A DNA stretch of 63,452 nt from Sinomonas sp. GTDB lineage: Bacteria > Actinomycetota > Actinomycetes > Actinomycetales > Micrococcaceae. The notes beneath the pieces were generated by a model. It was not told the origin of the DNA, did no database searches, and saw only the letters and a list, made by a program, of their open reading frames with translations. The position numbers were made by a program, and so were the translations under genes. Below are positions 52,731-62,128 of this stretch, piece after piece; positions within the stretch are counted from its first letter, which is position 1; each line of letters begins with the position of its first letter. The DNA lies in contig NZ_JBQCGQ010000291.1 in assembly GCF_051955515.1 (NCBI RefSeq), positions 1 to 63,452 on the forward strand, in the 5' to 3' direction.

Positions 52731-53282
52731 ATGAAGGTTCGGGTCGCGCGCATCGGCAAGCCGCACGGCATTCGGGGCGAGGTGACGGTGCAGGTCCTGA
52801 CGGACTCGCCTGAAGACCGCTTCATCCAGGGCGCGGAGTTCGACGTCGACCCCGCCTCCCACGGTTCTCTCACCGTGGGCTCGCTCACGGTGCGCTCAGC
52901 GCGCTGGAACAAGGACATCCTCGTCCTCGGATTCGAGGAGGTTGCCGACCGCAATCGCGCCGAGGAAGTGCGCGGGGCCACGCTCTTTCTGGACACAGAG
53001 GACGTCGAGGACGAGGACGACGAGGGCTGGTACGAGCATGAGCTCGTGGGTCTCGAGGTCCGTGTCGACGGCAAGGCAGCGGGAAGCGTCTCGGCTCTCC
53101 AGATCATGCCCGCCCAGGATCTCCTCGTCGTGGATACGCCCTCCGGCGAGGTGCTGGTTCCTTTTGTCGAGGAGATCGTTCCCGAGGTCGACGTCGAGGG
53201 CGGCTTCATCGTCGTCGTCCCGCCGCCGGGGCTCTTCGAGCTGAACTCCGAGCCTGAGACGCGGCAAGGCAAGGAAGCGTAG
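52731..53282 (+). CDS. rimM: ribosome maturation factor RimM
   Basis: IGKPHGIRGE, YEHELVGL, VLVPFV. Confidence 0.95.
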   Translation: MKVRVARIGKPHGIRGEVTVQVLTDSPEDRFIQGAEFDVDPASHGSLTVGSLTVRSARWNKDILVLGFEEVADRNRAEEVRGATLFLDTEDVEDEDDEGWYEHELVGLEVRVDGKAAGSVSALQIMPAQDLLVVDTPSGEVLVPFVEEIVPEVDVEGGFIVVVPPPGLFELNSEPETRQGKEA

Positions 53283-54068
53283 GTGCGCGTCGACGTCGTC
53301 AGCATCTTCCCGGAGTATCTTGCCCCGCTCCGGCTCTCCCTGCTCGGCCGCGCGCAGGAGGACGGGATCCTTCAGCTTTTGGTGCACGACCTGCGGGACT
53401 TCACGGCTGACCGGCACCGGACAGTAGACGACACGCCGTATGGCGGTGGCGCGGGCATGGTCATGAAGCCCGAGCCGTGGGCGCTCGCACTTGAGGCTGT
53501 CCTGGCCGAGCTTCCCGAGACGAACGAGCCGCCGACGCTGATCGTGCCGTCGCCCGCCGGGGAGGTCTTCACGCAGGCGCTCGCCCACGAATTGGCCCGG
53601 GAGCCGAGCCTGACGTTCGCGTGCGGCCGCTACGAGGGCATCGACGAGCGCGTCCTCGAGTGGGCCGCCGAGCACTTCCGCGTGCGGCCCGTGAGCCTTG
53701 GCGACTACGTGCTCAACGGCGGCGAAGTGGCCGTCATGGCCATGGTCGAGGCGGTCGGCAGGCTGCTCCCCGGCGTCGTGGGGAATCCCGAATCGCTCGT
53801 GGAGGAGTCCCATTCGGACGGCCTCCTCGAGTACCCGGTGTACACGAAGCCCTCCTCGTGGAGGGGACACGACGTGCCCGACGTCCTTCTGAGCGGCAAC
53901 CACGGGCTCATCGCCCGCTGGCGCCGCGAGCAGCAGTTCCGCCGGACCGCCGCTCGACGCCCTGAACTGCTCGAAGACGCTGATCCTGCCGACTTCACAG
54001 GGCGGGAGCGCGAGGTCCTGCGGGAGCTGGGGTACGACGTCGTCCATGGTCGCCTCGTGCGGCGGTGA
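53283..54068 (+). CDS. trmD: tRNA (guanine-N1)-methyltransferase
   Basis: [37 protein letters not shown]. Confidence 0.98.
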   Translation: MRVDVVSIFPEYLAPLRLSLLGRAQEDGILQLLVHDLRDFTADRHRTVDDTPYGGGAGMVMKPEPWALALEAVLAELPETNEPPTLIVPSPAGEVFTQALAHELAREPSLTFACGRYEGIDERVLEWAAEHFRVRPVSLGDYVLNGGEVAVMAMVEAVGRLLPGVVGNPESLVEESHSDGLLEYPVYTKPSSWRGHDVPDVLLSGNHGLIARWRREQQFRRTAARRPELLEDADPADFTGREREVLRELGYDVVHGRLVRR

Positions 54069-54267
54069 TGCTCCGGGGATTCGCGCTGGCGCGCGAGATC
54101 ATGGCAGAATAGAGCGTTGCGCCCGCCGGGCTTGGACTCTGCCACAGGGGAGCCTGCCAACGGTCGGGGCGCCCCGCTGCCGGGTCAGCCGGCGTGCGGG
54201 GGAGAGCACGGGCCTCGCGGCCCGCGACTGAAGCGATTGACCTGTGGCAGTCGCCAGGAGAAGCATC

Positions 54268-54627
54268 ATGCATATTCTCGACAACGTTGACGCCGCGTCC
54301 CTCCGCTCGGACGTTCCCTCGTTCTCGCCGGGTGACACCATCAAGGTGCATGTCAACATCATCGAAGGCAAGAACACCCGCATCCAGGTGTTCCAGGGCT
54401 TCGTGGTCGGCCGTCAGGGCTTCGGTGTCCGCGAGACGTTCACCGTCCGCAAGGTCTCCTTCGGTGTGGGCGTCGAGCGCACGTTCCCGGTTCACTCCCC
54501 GATCATCGACAAGATCGAGGTTGTGACCAAGGGTGACGTTCGCCGCGCCAAGCTGTACTACATGCGCGAGCTCCGCGGCAAGGCCGCGAAGATCAAGGAG
54601 AAGCGCGACTACAGCAACTCCAAGTAA
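54268..54627 (+). CDS. rplS: 50S ribosomal protein L19
   Basis: [32 protein letters not shown]. Confidence 0.98.
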   Translation: MHILDNVDAASLRSDVPSFSPGDTIKVHVNIIEGKNTRIQVFQGFVVGRQGFGVRETFTVRKVSFGVGVERTFPVHSPIIDKIEVVTKGDVRRAKLYYMRELRGKAAKIKEKRDYSNSK

Positions 54628-54630
54628 GCC

Positions 54631-55299
54631 TTGCTGCAAGGCTTCCGTACCGAGCGCCGGCCCAGGCTACTGGGCTGGCGCTCGGCGCTTCTCGGAGTGA
54701 TTGCGGCCATTCTGGTCTGCGGACTCGTCCGAGCCTTCCTCGTGGACCTCTACTACATCCCGTCCGGCTCGATGGAGCCCCTGCTCCAGCCGGGTGATCG
54801 AATAGCCGTGTCGCGCACGGCCTTTTCAGGACGCCCTATCGCCCGTGGAGACGTCGTGGTCTTCGACGGCCGTGGCTCGTTCGCCCCCCTCGACAGCGGG
54901 CGCGGATGGGTGGGGGACGCCGTCCGCGGAGTCGGCGAGTGGTTCGGGCTCGTGCCCAATGAGACCGTGTACGTGAAGCGTGTCGTGGGCGTGGCGGGAG
55001 ACCACGTGACGTGCTGCACGGCCGACGGGCACATCACGGTCAACGGCAGCCCGCTCGATGAGCCCTATGTCTACCCAGGCGATGCTCCCAGCACTCAGCG
55101 GTTCGACGTCGTCGTCCCTCCCGGCCGCCTGTGGCTCCTGGGTGACCACCGCGCCGACTCTGTGGACTCGCGATCTCTTCTCGGGGCACCCGGTGGCGGA
55201 CTTGTCCGCACCGACCGCGTTATCGGCGAGCCCATCGCCATCCTCTGGCCGCTTGATAGATTGGGCGCGATGAGCAGCACTCAGAAGGAGGCCCAGTGA
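54631..55299 (+). CDS. lepB: signal peptidase I, copy 1
   Basis: IPSGSM (Ser), YVKRVVG (Lys), GDHRADSVDSR. Confidence 0.92.
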   Translation: MLQGFRTERRPRLLGWRSALLGVIAAILVCGLVRAFLVDLYYIPSGSMEPLLQPGDRIAVSRTAFSGRPIARGDVVVFDGRGSFAPLDSGRGWVGDAVRGVGEWFGLVPNETVYVKRVVGVAGDHVTCCTADGHITVNGSPLDEPYVYPGDAPSTQRFDVVVPPGRLWLLGDHRADSVDSRSLLGAPGGGLVRTDRVIGEPIAILWPLDRLGAMSSTQKEAQ

Positions 55300-56063
55300 C
55301 GCACGGGGCGGAGACAGGGCCACATGGGGCAGAGATCGGACCTGATGCCCCGGACTCGCAGGGAAGCGCAGACTCGGGCCATGGCCGCCGGCAGCGACGC
55401 AATGGGATTCTCAGCTGGCTCCGGGAGATAGCGCTCATCCTGGTCATCTCGATCGCGATCTCGTTCGTGATCAAAACCTTCTTCTTCAAGGCGTTCTATA
55501 TTCCCTCCGAGTCCATGGTTCCCACGCTCGAGGAGAACGACCGGATCTTCGTGAACCTCATGGTGCCGCGGAATTTCGAGCTCCATCGTGGAGACGTCAT
55601 CGTCTTCAAAGACACGAAGGGATGGCTTCCGCCGTCGCCGGATGGGAATCAGAACTGGTTCCAGCAGAGCCTCGAATTCATCGGCCTCCTGCCTGACATG
55701 TCGCAGCAGCACCTCATCAAACGGCTGATCGGGCTGCCGGGAGATCATGTCGTCTGCTGTGACGCACAGCAGAAGGTCACCGTCAACGGCGTCGCGCTCA
55801 CTGAGCCCTACGTCAACCCCGCCGAAGTCCCGCGCCCTGTGCCCTTCGACGTGACCGTTCCAGCCGGCAAGGTGTGGGTGATGGGGGACAACCGGAACCA
55901 TTCATCGGACTCCCGCTTCCACAACGCGTCTCAGCCGGGCAACGGATTCATTGACGAAAGCGACATCGAGGGCCAAGCTGTCGTCATCGCATGGCCGCTC
56001 AACCGCCTAGGAAGCCTGGGCAGCTATCCCAGCACCTTCGCGTCCATCCCTGCCCCTCACTGA
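55296..56063 (+). CDS. lepB: signal peptidase I, copy 2
   Basis: IPSESM, LIKRLIG, GDNRNHSSDSR. Confidence 0.94.
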   Translation: MTHGAETGPHGAEIGPDAPDSQGSADSGHGRRQRRNGILSWLREIALILVISIAISFVIKTFFFKAFYIPSESMVPTLEENDRIFVNLMVPRNFELHRGDVIVFKDTKGWLPPSPDGNQNWFQQSLEFIGLLPDMSQQHLIKRLIGLPGDHVVCCDAQQKVTVNGVALTEPYVNPAEVPRPVPFDVTVPAGKVWVMGDNRNHSSDSRFHNASQPGNGFIDESDIEGQAVVIAWPLNRLGSLGSYPSTFASIPAPH

Positions 56064-56064
56064 T

Positions 56065-56805
56065 ATGACCGTGATCCAGCCCATCATCGAAAGGCCAACC
56101 GCGATTCGGCGCGCCCCTGCGCCCGCGACACTGCGCTACGTCCGCCAGCTCGCCGCCGAGTACGGTCCGCTCGTGGCAGGGTGCGACGAGGTTGGCCGGG
56201 GAGCACTTGCGGGCCCGGTCTCCGTCGGCATCGTGGTAGTCGACGCTCGTACAGTTCGCACCCGTACGATGTTCCGCGACAGCAAGCTGCTCGCCCCCGA
56301 GAAGCGTCGGGAGCTCGTTCCCAAGGTCCGCTCGTGGGGGGTCGCGAGCGCGGTCGGCCACGCGGGGGCGGACGAAATCGACGCCTTTGGCCTCATGGAG
56401 GCACTGAGGCTGGCCGGAACCCGGGCACTGGAGGCGATCGCTGCGGCCGGGGTGGTGCCGGATGTTGTCCACCTCGACGGCAATTACGACTGGCTGGGCC
56501 GGGGGGGCCAGAATTCGCTCTTCGGCGACGTCGCTGCTGTGCCGGTCATCCCGGTCCACACCATGATCAAAGCCGATCTCAAGTGCCAGGCCGTCGCTGC
56601 GGCAAGCATCCTCGCCAAAGTCGAACGCGATGCGATCATGACGCAGATCGGGGTGGACGACCCCCGGTACGGGTGGGCGGTGAACAAGGGCTACGCGACG
56701 GCTGAGCACCGTGCCGCCCTCATCGAGTACGGGGCTAGCACGTGGCACCGGCGCAGCTGGAATCTCGAGGGTGCCTCCGAGCCTCTCGAAGGTGATGGAG
56801 GATAG
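56065..56805 (+). CDS. rnhB: ribonuclease HII
   Basis: GCDEVGRGALAGP, DSK, LDG, AAASILAKVERD, KGY. Confidence 0.95.
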   Translation: MTVIQPIIERPTAIRRAPAPATLRYVRQLAAEYGPLVAGCDEVGRGALAGPVSVGIVVVDARTVRTRTMFRDSKLLAPEKRRELVPKVRSWGVASAVGHAGADEIDAFGLMEALRLAGTRALEAIAAAGVVPDVVHLDGNYDWLGRGGQNSLFGDVAAVPVIPVHTMIKADLKCQAVAAASILAKVERDAIMTQIGVDDPRYGWAVNKGYATAEHRAALIEYGASTWHRRSWNLEGASEPLEGDGG

Positions 56806-56809
56806 GACA

Positions 56810-57133
56810 ATGAGCGCTGAAGATCTCGAGAACTACGAGACGGACATGGAGCTGCAGCTCTACCGTGAGTACCGCGACGTCGTCTCGCTGTTCAGCTATG
56901 TCGTGGAGACCGAGCGGCGGTTCTATCTGGCCAATCACGTGGACCTACAGGCCCGCTCGGCGGACGGTGAGGTGTATTTCGACCTGACCCTTCAGGACGC
57001 GTGGGTCTGGGACGTCTATCGGAGCGCGCGTTTCGTCAAGAGTGTCCGTGTGATCACCTTCAAGGACGTGAACGTCGAGGAGCTCCCCAAGGTCGAGGAC
57101 CTCGCGCTGCCCAAGGACGGCCTCGGGACGTAG
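56810..57133 (+). CDS. DUF2469 family protein
   Basis: MSAEDLENYETDMELQLYREY...DAWVWDVYR; usual position between rnhB and yraN. Confidence 0.92.
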   Translation: MSAEDLENYETDMELQLYREYRDVVSLFSYVVETERRFYLANHVDLQARSADGEVYFDLTLQDAWVWDVYRSARFVKSVRVITFKDVNVEELPKVEDLALPKDGLGT

Positions 57134-57149
57134 CGTCCTGCGCGGGGGG

Positions 57150-57190
57150 TAGTCCTCCACAACGCTTTTCTGGGCGCGTCGTCCACATAG
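57150..57190 (+). promoter_or_regulatory. two-box CCACA (DnaA-box-like) motif upstream of yraN
   Basis: TAGTCCTCCACA-N16-GTCGTCCACATAG, 48 nt before the ATG. Confidence 0.65.
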
Positions 57191-57238
57191 GGTCCGCTCC
57201 GACCCACCCGACGGACCCGCCCCGGGCAGGCTGGCTCC

Positions 57239-57595
57239 ATGAGGGCGAAAGACAGCCTCGGGCAGCGCGGAGAGCGTGTCGCAGAGGACTATCTCAAGGC
57301 AACCGGTGCGACGATCCTGGACCGGAACTGGCGGTGCCAAGACGGCGAACTCGATCTGGTGGCGCTGGACTGCGGCGTACTCGTTGCCGTCGAGGTCAAA
57401 TCCAGGACATCTTGGGCGTTCGGGCACCCCTTCGAAGCGGTCGACGGCGTCAAGCTGGCCCGCGTGGCTCGGCTCGCCGCAGCGTGGGCGCGCGAACACG
57501 GATTTCGCCACGCGGCGCGCCGGGTCGACGTCATCGCAGTCACCGGACCGGAGAAGGAAAGTCCCCTTCTCGAACACTTGCGGGGTGTCGCGTGA
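57239..57595 (+). CDS. yraN: YraN family nuclease
   Basis: LGQRGE, RNWR, GELDLV, VEVKSR, RVDVI. Confidence 0.93.
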   Translation: MRAKDSLGQRGERVAEDYLKATGATILDRNWRCQDGELDLVALDCGVLVAVEVKSRTSWAFGHPFEAVDGVKLARVARLAAAWAREHGFRHAARRVDVIAVTGPEKESPLLEHLRGVA

Positions 57596-59148
57596 GCGGC
57601 GTCGGACGAGCTCTCGGGATCGGACTCGTGGGCCTGAACGGATACGTGGTCGAGGCCGAGGCGGACATCGGCCAGACTCTTCCGGCGTTCGTGCTGCTCG
57701 GGCTCCCGGATTCGTCCCTGAACGAGGCAAAGGAGCGTATCCGCTCGGCAGCCCAGAACTCTGGCCTCCCGCTGAGCCGCCGGAAGATCACCGTAAATCT
57801 AACCCCGGCGTCCTTGCCCAAGCGCGGCACCTCCTTCGACCTGGCCATCACCGTGGCGGCCCTCTCGGCGGCCGGCGACATCCGGCCACCGGTGGAGACA
57901 GTCTTCATCGCGGAGCTTGGTCTCGATGGACGCCTGCGTCCGGTGCAGGGAATGCTCCCCGCAGTGATGGCGGCGGTCCGCGCGGGCTACCGCGAGATTG
58001 TCGTTGCCGAGGCGAACCTTCCCGAAGCCCGGTTGGTTCCGGGCGCACGCGTCCGCGGGTATGAAAGTCTGGGGAGCCTCGCCTTGGACCTCGGGGCCGA
58101 TCCGCAGAAGGTCGTCCTGTCCACAGGCGGCATTCGACGCGGCCGCCCCACGGGCGAGGAGCGCGGCGACGACCAGCCGAGCGGCGCTCAGCCGGACCTG
58201 CGCGACGTTGCAGGCCAACACGATGCGAGGGCCGCCCTTGAAGTGGCCGCGGCCGGTGGGCACCACCTGTTCATGCTGGGCCCGCCGGGTGCAGGCAAGA
58301 CGATGCTCGCGGAACGCATGCCGAGCATCCTGCCGGACCTCGATGACGAGGCGGCAATGGAGGTGACGGCCATCCATTCGCTCTCGAACCACCCCAGCAG
58401 CACGCGGGACCTGATCCGCCGCCCTCCGTTTGAGAGCCTGCATCACACCGCGAGTTCCGCCGCAGTAATTGGCGGCGGCTCTGGAATCCCGAGGCCCGGA
58501 GCGGCATCTCGAGCCCATCGGGGCGTCCTGTTCCTCGACGAGGCGCCGGAGTTCCAACGTCAGGTTCTCGACTCGCTGCGACAGCCGCTCGAGAACGGCC
58601 GCGTCACGATTCACCGAACTCTGGGAGCGGCGACCTATCCAGCGAGATTCCAGCTCGTGCTCGCCGCCAATCCGTGTCCCTGCGGACAGGCCTCGGGGAA
58701 GGCCCTCCTGTGCAGCTGCACCCCGCAGGCCCGACGGCGCTACAAGGCGAAGCTGTCCGGGCCCCTCCTCGACAGGGTCGACATCCAGCTTGCGGTGCAG
58801 CGGGTGTCCATGATGGACCTTGCTGCGCGGGAGCCCGCCGAGTCCTCGGAGGCCGTCGCCTCGCGCGTGGCTGCCGCTCGCCGGCTGCAAGCGGAGCGAC
58901 TGGGACCCTACGGCCTCGACAGGAACTCGGACGTGCCGGGACGCCTGCTTCGCGGCCCGCTCCGGCTCCCTTCGACGGCCACCGCTGTCCTCGAACGCGC
59001 CATGGAACGTCAGACGCTGACGGCGCGGGGTTACGACCGAGTCTTGCGCGTCGCATGGACCTTGGCCGATTTAGCCGGCCAGCCGCGGCCGGGCGACGAC
59101 GAGATCGGCCAAGCCCTCCTCCTGCGGGCTACGGAGTCCCGGTCATGA
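57592..59148 (+). CDS. comM: YifB/ComM Mg-chelatase-like AAA ATPase
   Basis: GLPD, VNLTPASLPK, GPPGAGKT, AHRGVLFLDE, NPCPCG, SGPLLDR. Confidence 0.93.
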   Translation: MSGVGRALGIGLVGLNGYVVEAEADIGQTLPAFVLLGLPDSSLNEAKERIRSAAQNSGLPLSRRKITVNLTPASLPKRGTSFDLAITVAALSAAGDIRPPVETVFIAELGLDGRLRPVQGMLPAVMAAVRAGYREIVVAEANLPEARLVPGARVRGYESLGSLALDLGADPQKVVLSTGGIRRGRPTGEERGDDQPSGAQPDLRDVAGQHDARAALEVAAAGGHHLFMLGPPGAGKTMLAERMPSILPDLDDEAAMEVTAIHSLSNHPSSTRDLIRRPPFESLHHTASSAAVIGGGSGIPRPGAASRAHRGVLFLDEAPEFQRQVLDSLRQPLENGRVTIHRTLGAATYPARFQLVLAANPCPCGQASGKALLCSCTPQARRRYKAKLSGPLLDRVDIQLAVQRVSMMDLAAREPAESSEAVASRVAAARRLQAERLGPYGLDRNSDVPGRLLRGPLRLPSTATAVLERAMERQTLTARGYDRVLRVAWTLADLAGQPRPGDDEIGQALLLRATESRS

Positions 59149-60383
59149 CCGATGGGATGCGGTTCAGGGGAGGAGGTCTGGGTCTTCCGACGGAAGGGGA
59201 AAGCATGGACGAGGTGAGGAGGGCACGGGCCGCCCTGACACGACTGGTCGAACCGGGCGATTCGACAGGGGCAGCCCTGGTCGAAGCCCTGGGACCGGTG
59301 GAGGCGCTGTCTGTCGCTTCGGGGCGCCTGCCGATCGATCCCAGCATCGAAGCACGGGTAGGAAGCCTCGTGCTCGGAAGCGGAGCTACCAGATGGGAGG
59401 GCCTTGCTGGGGCGCTTGGGCGGTGGAAAGCCCGAGTCCCAGACCTTGCGCCTCACCGTGACCTCGAGACCATTGCCAGGTTCGGTGGCCGTTTCATCAT
59501 TCCCGAGGACCGCGAGTGGCCGGACGGATTCGAGGATCTCGGTGCGCAGGCTCCGATCGGCCTGTGGGTGAGGGGCGAAGAACGGTTGCCCTCCCACACG
59601 GCCTCCGCCGCGATTGTCGGGTCCAGAGACGCGACGAACTATGGACTCAGCGTCGCTGGGGAGATGGCCAGAGGCCTGGTGGACCGCGGGGTCACGGTAG
59701 TGAGCGGCGGTGCCTACGGAATCGATGCTCAGGCGCACCGAGCCGCGCTGTCTTCCGAGGGTCCGACGCTCCCCACCATTGCCGTCATGGCCGGCGGCTT
59801 GGATCGCTACTACCCCTCAGGGAACGAGGATCTCTTGCGGGCCGTCGCGCACCGGGGGCTGCTCGTGTCGGAGCTCCCTCCCGGCGCGTCGCCCACGAAG
59901 CATCGATTTCTGCGGAGGAACAGGCTGATTGCGGCGTTAGGAGGTGCCACGGTGGTCGTCGAGGCCCATTGGCGATCGGGGGCTCGTAGCACCGCTCATC
60001 ACGCTGCCGACCTCGGACGAATCGTCGGAGCCGTCCCCGGTTCCGTGTACAGCGGAAGCTCCGCTGGCTGTCATCGCCTCCTGATGGACGGAGTGGCCGT
60101 GTGCGTCACTGACGTGAGAGACGTCTACGAGCTGCTGGCGCCTATGGGCGAAGGCCTCGAGAGCCAGCGAGAAGGCCACACGGCGCCGCACGACGGCCTC
60201 GCTGTAGAGGACCTCCTGCTGCTCGACGCTTTGCCGTTGAAGACCGGAACCACCATCGACAGTCTGGCCCGGGTCGCGGGACTGAGCGGCGCCCAAGTGC
60301 GCGCTGGCCTCGGGCGCCTTCAGCTTTTGGGCCTCTCTCAGGCAGTCCCTGGGGGATGGAGGAGGAGCGATAAGCGATCGTGA
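59145..60383 (+). CDS. dprA: DNA-processing protein DprA
   Basis: [38 protein letters not shown]. Confidence 0.95.
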   Translation: MTDGMRFRGGGLGLPTEGESMDEVRRARAALTRLVEPGDSTGAALVEALGPVEALSVASGRLPIDPSIEARVGSLVLGSGATRWEGLAGALGRWKARVPDLAPHRDLETIARFGGRFIIPEDREWPDGFEDLGAQAPIGLWVRGEERLPSHTASAAIVGSRDATNYGLSVAGEMARGLVDRGVTVVSGGAYGIDAQAHRAALSSEGPTLPTIAVMAGGLDRYYPSGNEDLLRAVAHRGLLVSELPPGASPTKHRFLRRNRLIAALGGATVVVEAHWRSGARSTAHHAADLGRIVGAVPGSVYSGSSAGCHRLLMDGVAVCVTDVRDVYELLAPMGEGLESQREGHTAPHDGLAVEDLLLLDALPLKTGTTIDSLARVAGLSGAQVRAGLGRLQLLGLSQAVPGGWRRSDKRS

Positions 60384-61378
60384 TGTGGGAAAGCGAGTGT
60401 CGCGTTGTGGCATCTGGTCGGAGCGGCCACAGTGGGGATGTGGACGAACCGACTCCTCATACCGAGCGCCTGCCCGAAGGTCTGCGTGATCCCCTCGAGG
60501 GCTTTTTGCGGTACCTCGCTCTCGGGAGGGGGCGCTCACCGCACACCATCAGGGCGTACGAGGGCGATCTGCTCTCGATGCTGCGGGCTGTCGCGTCGGA
60601 GGGAGCAGAGGTTCTCGCCGACATCGATCTCGCCGGTCTGCGACGTTGGCTGGGTTCACAGAGTGAGGGGGGAGACGCTCGATCCACGCTCGCTCGCCGC
60701 TCCGCCGCAGTTCGGTCCTTCATGGGGTGGGCCGTGCGAGAGGGGGAGCTTAAGGTCGACCCTTCGCTGAGGCTCGCGTCTCCCAAGCAACAGCGGGCGC
60801 TGCCGGATGTCCTCCACGAAGATCAGACGAGACGGCTTCTCGAGAAACTGGCCGGAGCGGCCGAATCGGGGGACGCTGTCGCTGTCCGCGACCTCGCTTT
60901 GGCGGAGATGCTGTACGCCACTGGGATCCGTGTCTCGGAGCTGGTTGGCCTGGACGTCGACGACGTCGACCTCGGGTCGCGTACCGCGAAGGTTCTGGGC
61001 AAAGGAGACAAAGAGCGAACCGTGCCCTTCGGAATCCCGGCCGCCAACGCCGTGGTGCGCTGGCTCGGAGCCCGCAGCGCACTGGTTACCGAGGCCAGTG
61101 GCGCGGCCCTGTTCCTCGGACGACGCGGGGGACGGCTCGGCCAGAGGCAGGCCAGAGAGGTCGTCGACGCGGCCCTCAGCGGACTGGGCGACACGGGGGC
61201 GAGGGGACCTCACGCGCTACGCCACACCGCCGCTACCCATCTCCTCGACGGCGGCGCCGACCTCCGCTCGGTTCAGGAACTCCTCGGTCACTCGAGCCTT
61301 TCGACCACGCAGCTGTACACGCACGTGTCGGTTGAGCGCCTGCGGTCGAGCTACCTCCAGGCCCACCCGCGGGCGTGA
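60380..61378 (+). CDS. xerC: tyrosine recombinase XerC (start may be GTG 60440)
   Basis: [27 protein letters not shown]. Confidence 0.93.
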   Translation: MMWESECRVVASGRSGHSGDVDEPTPHTERLPEGLRDPLEGFLRYLALGRGRSPHTIRAYEGDLLSMLRAVASEGAEVLADIDLAGLRRWLGSQSEGGDARSTLARRSAAVRSFMGWAVREGELKVDPSLRLASPKQQRALPDVLHEDQTRRLLEKLAGAAESGDAVAVRDLALAEMLYATGIRVSELVGLDVDDVDLGSRTAKVLGKGDKERTVPFGIPAANAVVRWLGARSALVTEASGAALFLGRRGGRLGQRQAREVVDAALSGLGDTGARGPHALRHTAATHLLDGGADLRSVQELLGHSSLSTTQLYTHVSVERLRSSYLQAHPRA

Positions 61379-61533
61379 GACATTGACGTCATAGATCGCG
61401 CCACGGTCGGGGTTGTTGGCGTATTTCGGATCCGTCCGGCAGAATGACCGTGACAACTGAATCTGCCACAGGGCCACACAATCCACGCTGACCGGTCGTA
61501 GGGGAAGACGTACCGACAGCGATGGAGGATGGA

Positions 61534-62037
61534 ATGTCTGCAGTGATGACCCGTGGTCTGCTGTTCGTGCACTCGGCACCGAGTGCTCTCTGCCCGCACG
61601 TCGAGTGGGCAATCGGCTCCGTCGTTGAGAAGCGGACGGACCTTGAGTGGATCCCCCAGCCAGCAGCGCCGGGGATGTTCCGCTCGGAGTTGTCATGGGT
61701 GGGCGCACCCGGGACGGGCGCGCAGATCGCTTCCGCCCTGCGTGGCTGGGCGCACCTCCGCTATGAGGTCACGGAGGAGCCGAGCCCCGGCGTCGACGGT
61801 GCTCGATGGTCCCACACGCCCGAGCTGGGCATCTTCCACGCCACCACCGACGTGCACGGCAACATCATGGTCTCGGAAGACCGGATCAGGTATGCCTACG
61901 AGTCGGGCGCTGGCGACCCGACCGCCGTCTTCCAGGAGCTCTCCCTCGCGCTCGGCGAGGCGTGGGACGAGGAGCTGGAACCGTTCCGCCATGCTGCGGA
62001 GGGCGCTCCCGTCCGCTGGCTCCATCAGGTCGGCTGA
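61534..62037 (+). CDS. DUF3145 family protein
   Basis: TRGLLFVHSAPSALCPHVEWA, LRYEVTEEP, WDEELEPFR. Confidence 0.9.
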   Translation: MSAVMTRGLLFVHSAPSALCPHVEWAIGSVVEKRTDLEWIPQPAAPGMFRSELSWVGAPGTGAQIASALRGWAHLRYEVTEEPSPGVDGARWSHTPELGIFHATTDVHGNIMVSEDRIRYAYESGAGDPTAVFQELSLALGEAWDEELEPFRHAAEGAPVRWLHQVG

Positions 62038-62083
62038 TCCGAACCGCCGGACATCCACCGCACTCGAAACCATCGCAGACAAC

Positions 62084-62114
62084 TGTGGGGCCCGCCGATC
62101 AGGCGGGCCCCACA
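62084..62114. terminator. bidirectional hairpin between DUF3145 and fabF
   Basis: TGTGGGGCCCGCC-gatca-GGCGGGCCCCACA. Confidence 0.75.
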
Positions 62115-62128
62115 CGTCGTCGGAGGGA

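Noticed and set aside
52863-52892. 15-bp tandem duplication in rimM (GSLTV-GSLTV)
   Set aside because: Small in-frame duplication with no evidence of wider significance.
54631-56063. Tandem signal peptidases as a novelty
   Set aside because: Multiple lepB genes after rplS are common in Actinobacteria; both have intact Ser/Lys dyads.
60380-61378. Tyrosine recombinase as a phage or ICE integrase
   Set aside because: Size and dprA synteny fit chromosomal XerC.
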